The position numbers and the translations under genes are program-made. The notes under the pieces are model-generated. The model made no database searches. It worked only from the letters and a program-made list of their open reading frames with translations, and was not told where the DNA came from. This document shows positions 60,871-64,000 of a DNA stretch of 64,000 bases, piece after piece; within the stretch, counting starts at the first letter, position 1; every line of letters starts with the position of its first letter. The stretch comes from Squalus acanthias (lineage: Eukaryota): positions 130,698,001 to 130,762,000 of the forward strand of contig CM059431.1 in assembly GCA_030390025.1 (NCBI GenBank), written 5' to 3'.

Positions 60871-62969
60871 CTGTTCCACACATGACTGTGAATTAGACTG
60901 GCTCCGATATTGGTCCACCTGTTGAGCGTTAAGCCAATGAGCAGCAGTTTTAGTGCTGAAATCATGACTACAATCATGCTAATGAGGAATGAGCATGAAT
61001 TTTGCATGCTACCTCGACTATTTTGTGGTGGCGCAGCTTAACATCGTTAGGCCTTAACACTGCCTGTTTCATGGTTATATCCAATTTCTAGGCCAATAAA
61101 TTATGGTGGTAGTTTACTGATGACTCACTCCCAGACAGGAGAACAAGCCTCATCGACAGGAGAACAAGCCAAAGAATTGGGACCACAGTGCTGTAGCCCC
61201 ATCTCTGATATTCACTGACACTGAGCAAGACTTCCAGCTTAAAGCACAGGATTAATTAACCACCCTATATATGTAAAAGGTTGACAGGATATTTGAAACA
61301 TAACAAAAACTATTTTGATTTTTCAGGTGTACATTTAATTGAACTGTATAATTCTGCTATCAATTAAGAACTTCTTGATGCTCTTTTTATGTTTGTTAAG
61401 CTAAAAGATAAACTGGGGAATGAATTTTTTTCTCACTTTCATCGAGCACACCAAGGTCATGTGTAGCACACAGAATGGATTGAAACTGCTTAAACTCTTT
61501 TCACTTAGAATGTTTGGGGGCAACAGAAAATATATTTTCTTCCCATCAGTTCAAACTCAAGTCTCAGGAGAAAAGCATTATGTTCTGATTCAGTGCACCA
61601 CCAAGACCCCTATTAGATAAAGAAATCTATTCAACATCCGTTCTTAACAGTTGGCCAGCCCTTTAGTCTCAATTAGTTCCCTTCACCTCAAGACCTAAGG
61701 AACAGAATCAAAGGGCATACATAGCTCCCTGATAGATAAAAGATCATAACTGAATAACATTCTGTTATTTCGCCTAGACAACATTGTACATGAATCTACT
61801 GCATGAAGCTAATAGAAATTTGGCACCTCATTTGACATCCGTAGGATAAGGATTATACAGGATGAAAATACAATCAAAGCACAGTGGGAAATGCTCATCT
61901 AAAGTTTGTTTTGACATATAATGGTAAGCTGGAATAAAATGCAGCTGAATTAGGAATCTTGAATATTAGATACTGATGGCGATTTGACAAAGGATAAGAC
62001 ATTATTCTGTTGTTCAGGACAAACAGCCCTCGCCTTAAGCATATACAAATATTTCATGAAGCCAGATGCCCTTTACTAGCTAGGATAGTCTGGAGTTTCA
62101 AACTAAGCATATGATTTATGAGAGTTTCACTTGGATACCTCAGCCTTGTCGTAATGTTCACGGTACTTTCAACACATTTAGTCATAGATGATGAAAAGAA
62201 AATGCCAAAATTCAGTCATTATTTCTTATGTCAACTAATATCTTCCAGAAACCACTTAAAACTATTTCCCAAACTGTGAGCATTTTACTGAGTTAAAAAA
62301 TGTGAAAAAAATTGATTAATAACATTCAGTTGGAGAATGAAACCCAAGATAAATAGATGCAGACTAGTTCAAGCACCACAGTGTTTATAGGCAGGGTGGG
62401 TTCTGTTAAGTGAAGGGGGGGAAAAAAAGTTAAGTAAATTTATTTTTAGTTTCCGGATTACAGCCAGGATTTCTGAAAGAAAAGCCAAATTTCCTTTTAG
62501 TAGAAAGCAAGCTGTAAATATTGCACATAATATTTATATACTGAGAAAATTCTTGTCTTAAACCACTTATTTTATTGCAATAGGGTAATCTATTTTCATT
62601 TCTGAAACTAGCTTGCTTGCACAGCTAACCCTCCATGTGGTCAAGTTCTCACCCTCTTTGACAGTTTACTGTGTATTGAATTATTACTGTGGGAAAATGG
62701 CCAGTTGTGAGTATGACCTTTTTGGTTACTTGAGGGAACCAAGAAGATGTTCTCAGTTAAAATACATGTTGCAATTCAATCTGATTCTGCCCAAGCCTAT
62801 CCACTACAGAATCAGATTTGAGAGGTTAAAGTTATTATTTGCGCGCTAAAATTGAAGGAAAATCTGTAAACTTCGCTCAGCATCAAGTTCTCAGCCCCAT
62901 AAATTGTTCAATCTATTTTAACGAAAGCCAAGCTTGTCCAAGCCAGGCAAAAGCAGCAAAGTTTGGATT

Positions 62970-63066
62970 AGGTGTCAAATGTTTTGTCTTAAAATACTCC
63001 TGTGCTGCACCTTGGGATGTTTTACTACGTTAAAGGCGCTATATAAATACAAGTTGTTGTTGTTGT
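62970..63066 (+). mobile_element. L2 3' tail
   Basis: ccttgggatgttttactacgttaaaggcgctatataaatacaagttgttgttgttg. Confidence 0.8.
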
Positions 63067-63106
63067 AATATATGTCGGTAGAACAAATGAAGGACAGAGA
63101 CACAAT

Positions 63107-63870
63107 GGCCCAGAAATTGGAGTTCGATGGTTGCCGCGGGGGTAAGGATCCCCCGCGATATCGCACTCCGCGCCTGCCTTTATGGTTCTGGCCCACACGA
63201 ACTTCAGTTCCTGGGCCTCTCCCTGGTGCCGGCGCGCAGTGTGTGCGTGTCCCAGAGGTGCAGTTAGTTCGATGCTACCTCTGGGATCACGTGGGCCAGT
63301 TAGAGCCAATGGCAGCACACCATCTTTCATTCATAGTTTTGACAGCAAGAGCTGTCAAAACTATGAATACAACAAGCCCCCAAAAGAACAGCTAAACCTC
63401 AATTAAATTTTTAAAAAAACCATCACATTAATAAAATAACTATAGTTAAATAAATTAACCACTTTAAACAAAAATTTAAATTTTTGAAAAAATTTAAATT
63501 CTTTTTAAAAGTTATAAAAATAAACTTACCTTTCTTCAAAGTCTCTAAAAAGATAAACCTGTTGAAAAAAATTTAAAATAATACTTAATTAACTACTTAC
63601 CTTGTTAAAAGGGGGTCTTATGCCTGCTTTCTTTATGTGTAAAATCTTCAACACTTACCTGCGCGTTCAAACCTGAAAAAAAAACTAAGTGTGCTGTGTG
63701 CGCGCAACCTGTAGCGCGCACGCTGTTCACTTAGGAACCGCCCCCTTTGCCATACACGAAGTGCCGGTTTCCCGTGCATGCACAGTGCATGCAGGAAACT
63801 GGCACATCGGGACCTAATACGCGAGAGTACACAGTGCGTACTCTCCCGCATTAGGTCTAATTTTCGGGCC
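63107..63870. mobile_element. Harbinger-type MITE with AT-rich core
   Basis: TIR GGCCCAGAAATTGG...CTAATTTTCGGGCC; flanks AAT/ATT; shares the ttcataSttttgacagc...ctgtcaaaaStatgaa hairpin with 12644-13338. Confidence 0.8.
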
Positions 63871-64000
63871 ATTGAGTTGCTAACTCGTGCTTGCTTTATT
63901 AGGCCAGAGCGAACTGAGCATGCTCACACTAAACCATGTGACAAACGATGTGATAATACATTACACTGCTTTCCCCCTTAAAAAAAAATGTACATATTCC

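Larger units (their letters stand above)
55953..61094 (+). mobile_element. Autonomous-type Harbinger transposon, decayed, with nested CR1 and solo LTR
   Basis: TIR GGCCTCGAAATTGG...CCAATTTCTAGGCC; flanks TAT/AAT; convergent transposase (+) and Myb-like gene (-). Confidence 0.9.

Noticed and set aside
61134..61170. 16-bp direct repeat gacaggagaacaagcc
   Set aside because: Simple local duplication with a 5-bp spacer; no further structure

Overview
Vertebrate nuclear DNA, most likely from a shark or other cartilaginous fish (inferred from the repeat repertoire). The window is intergenic or intronic: I can support no host exon, intact gene, rRNA or true tRNA. Roughly half is nested transposable elements. 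LINEs: CR1 copies (one near full-length with ORF1 esterase and ORF2 APE/RT at 30311-34732), a second CR1/L2-group LINE (23487-27140), L2 and RTE remnants. SINEs: tRNA-headed Deu-domain SINEs and other tRNA-headed SINEs. DNA transposons: about 20 PIF/Harbinger-type elements (two decayed transposase+Myb copies, deletion derivatives, many MITEs with GG-start TIRs and 3-bp TSDs) and one hAT MITE. Also two clear and one possible solo LTR, and four Penelope-like terminal fragments. Most notable observations: (i) minimal hammerhead-ribozyme motifs in the Penelope-like fragments, one with an intact core at 28021-28057; (ii) a tRNA-headed SINE that joins the 5' region and 3' tail of a LINE also present in the window; (iii) a 1.5-kb CpG-rich solo LTR with an open frame running into U3; (iv) a C-NNN-G target-site preference and shared splice donors/subterminal motifs across the Harbinger MITEs; (v) a Harbinger mini-element whose transposase collapsed at GAG repeats. 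All coordinates were read by eye; family names need database confirmation.
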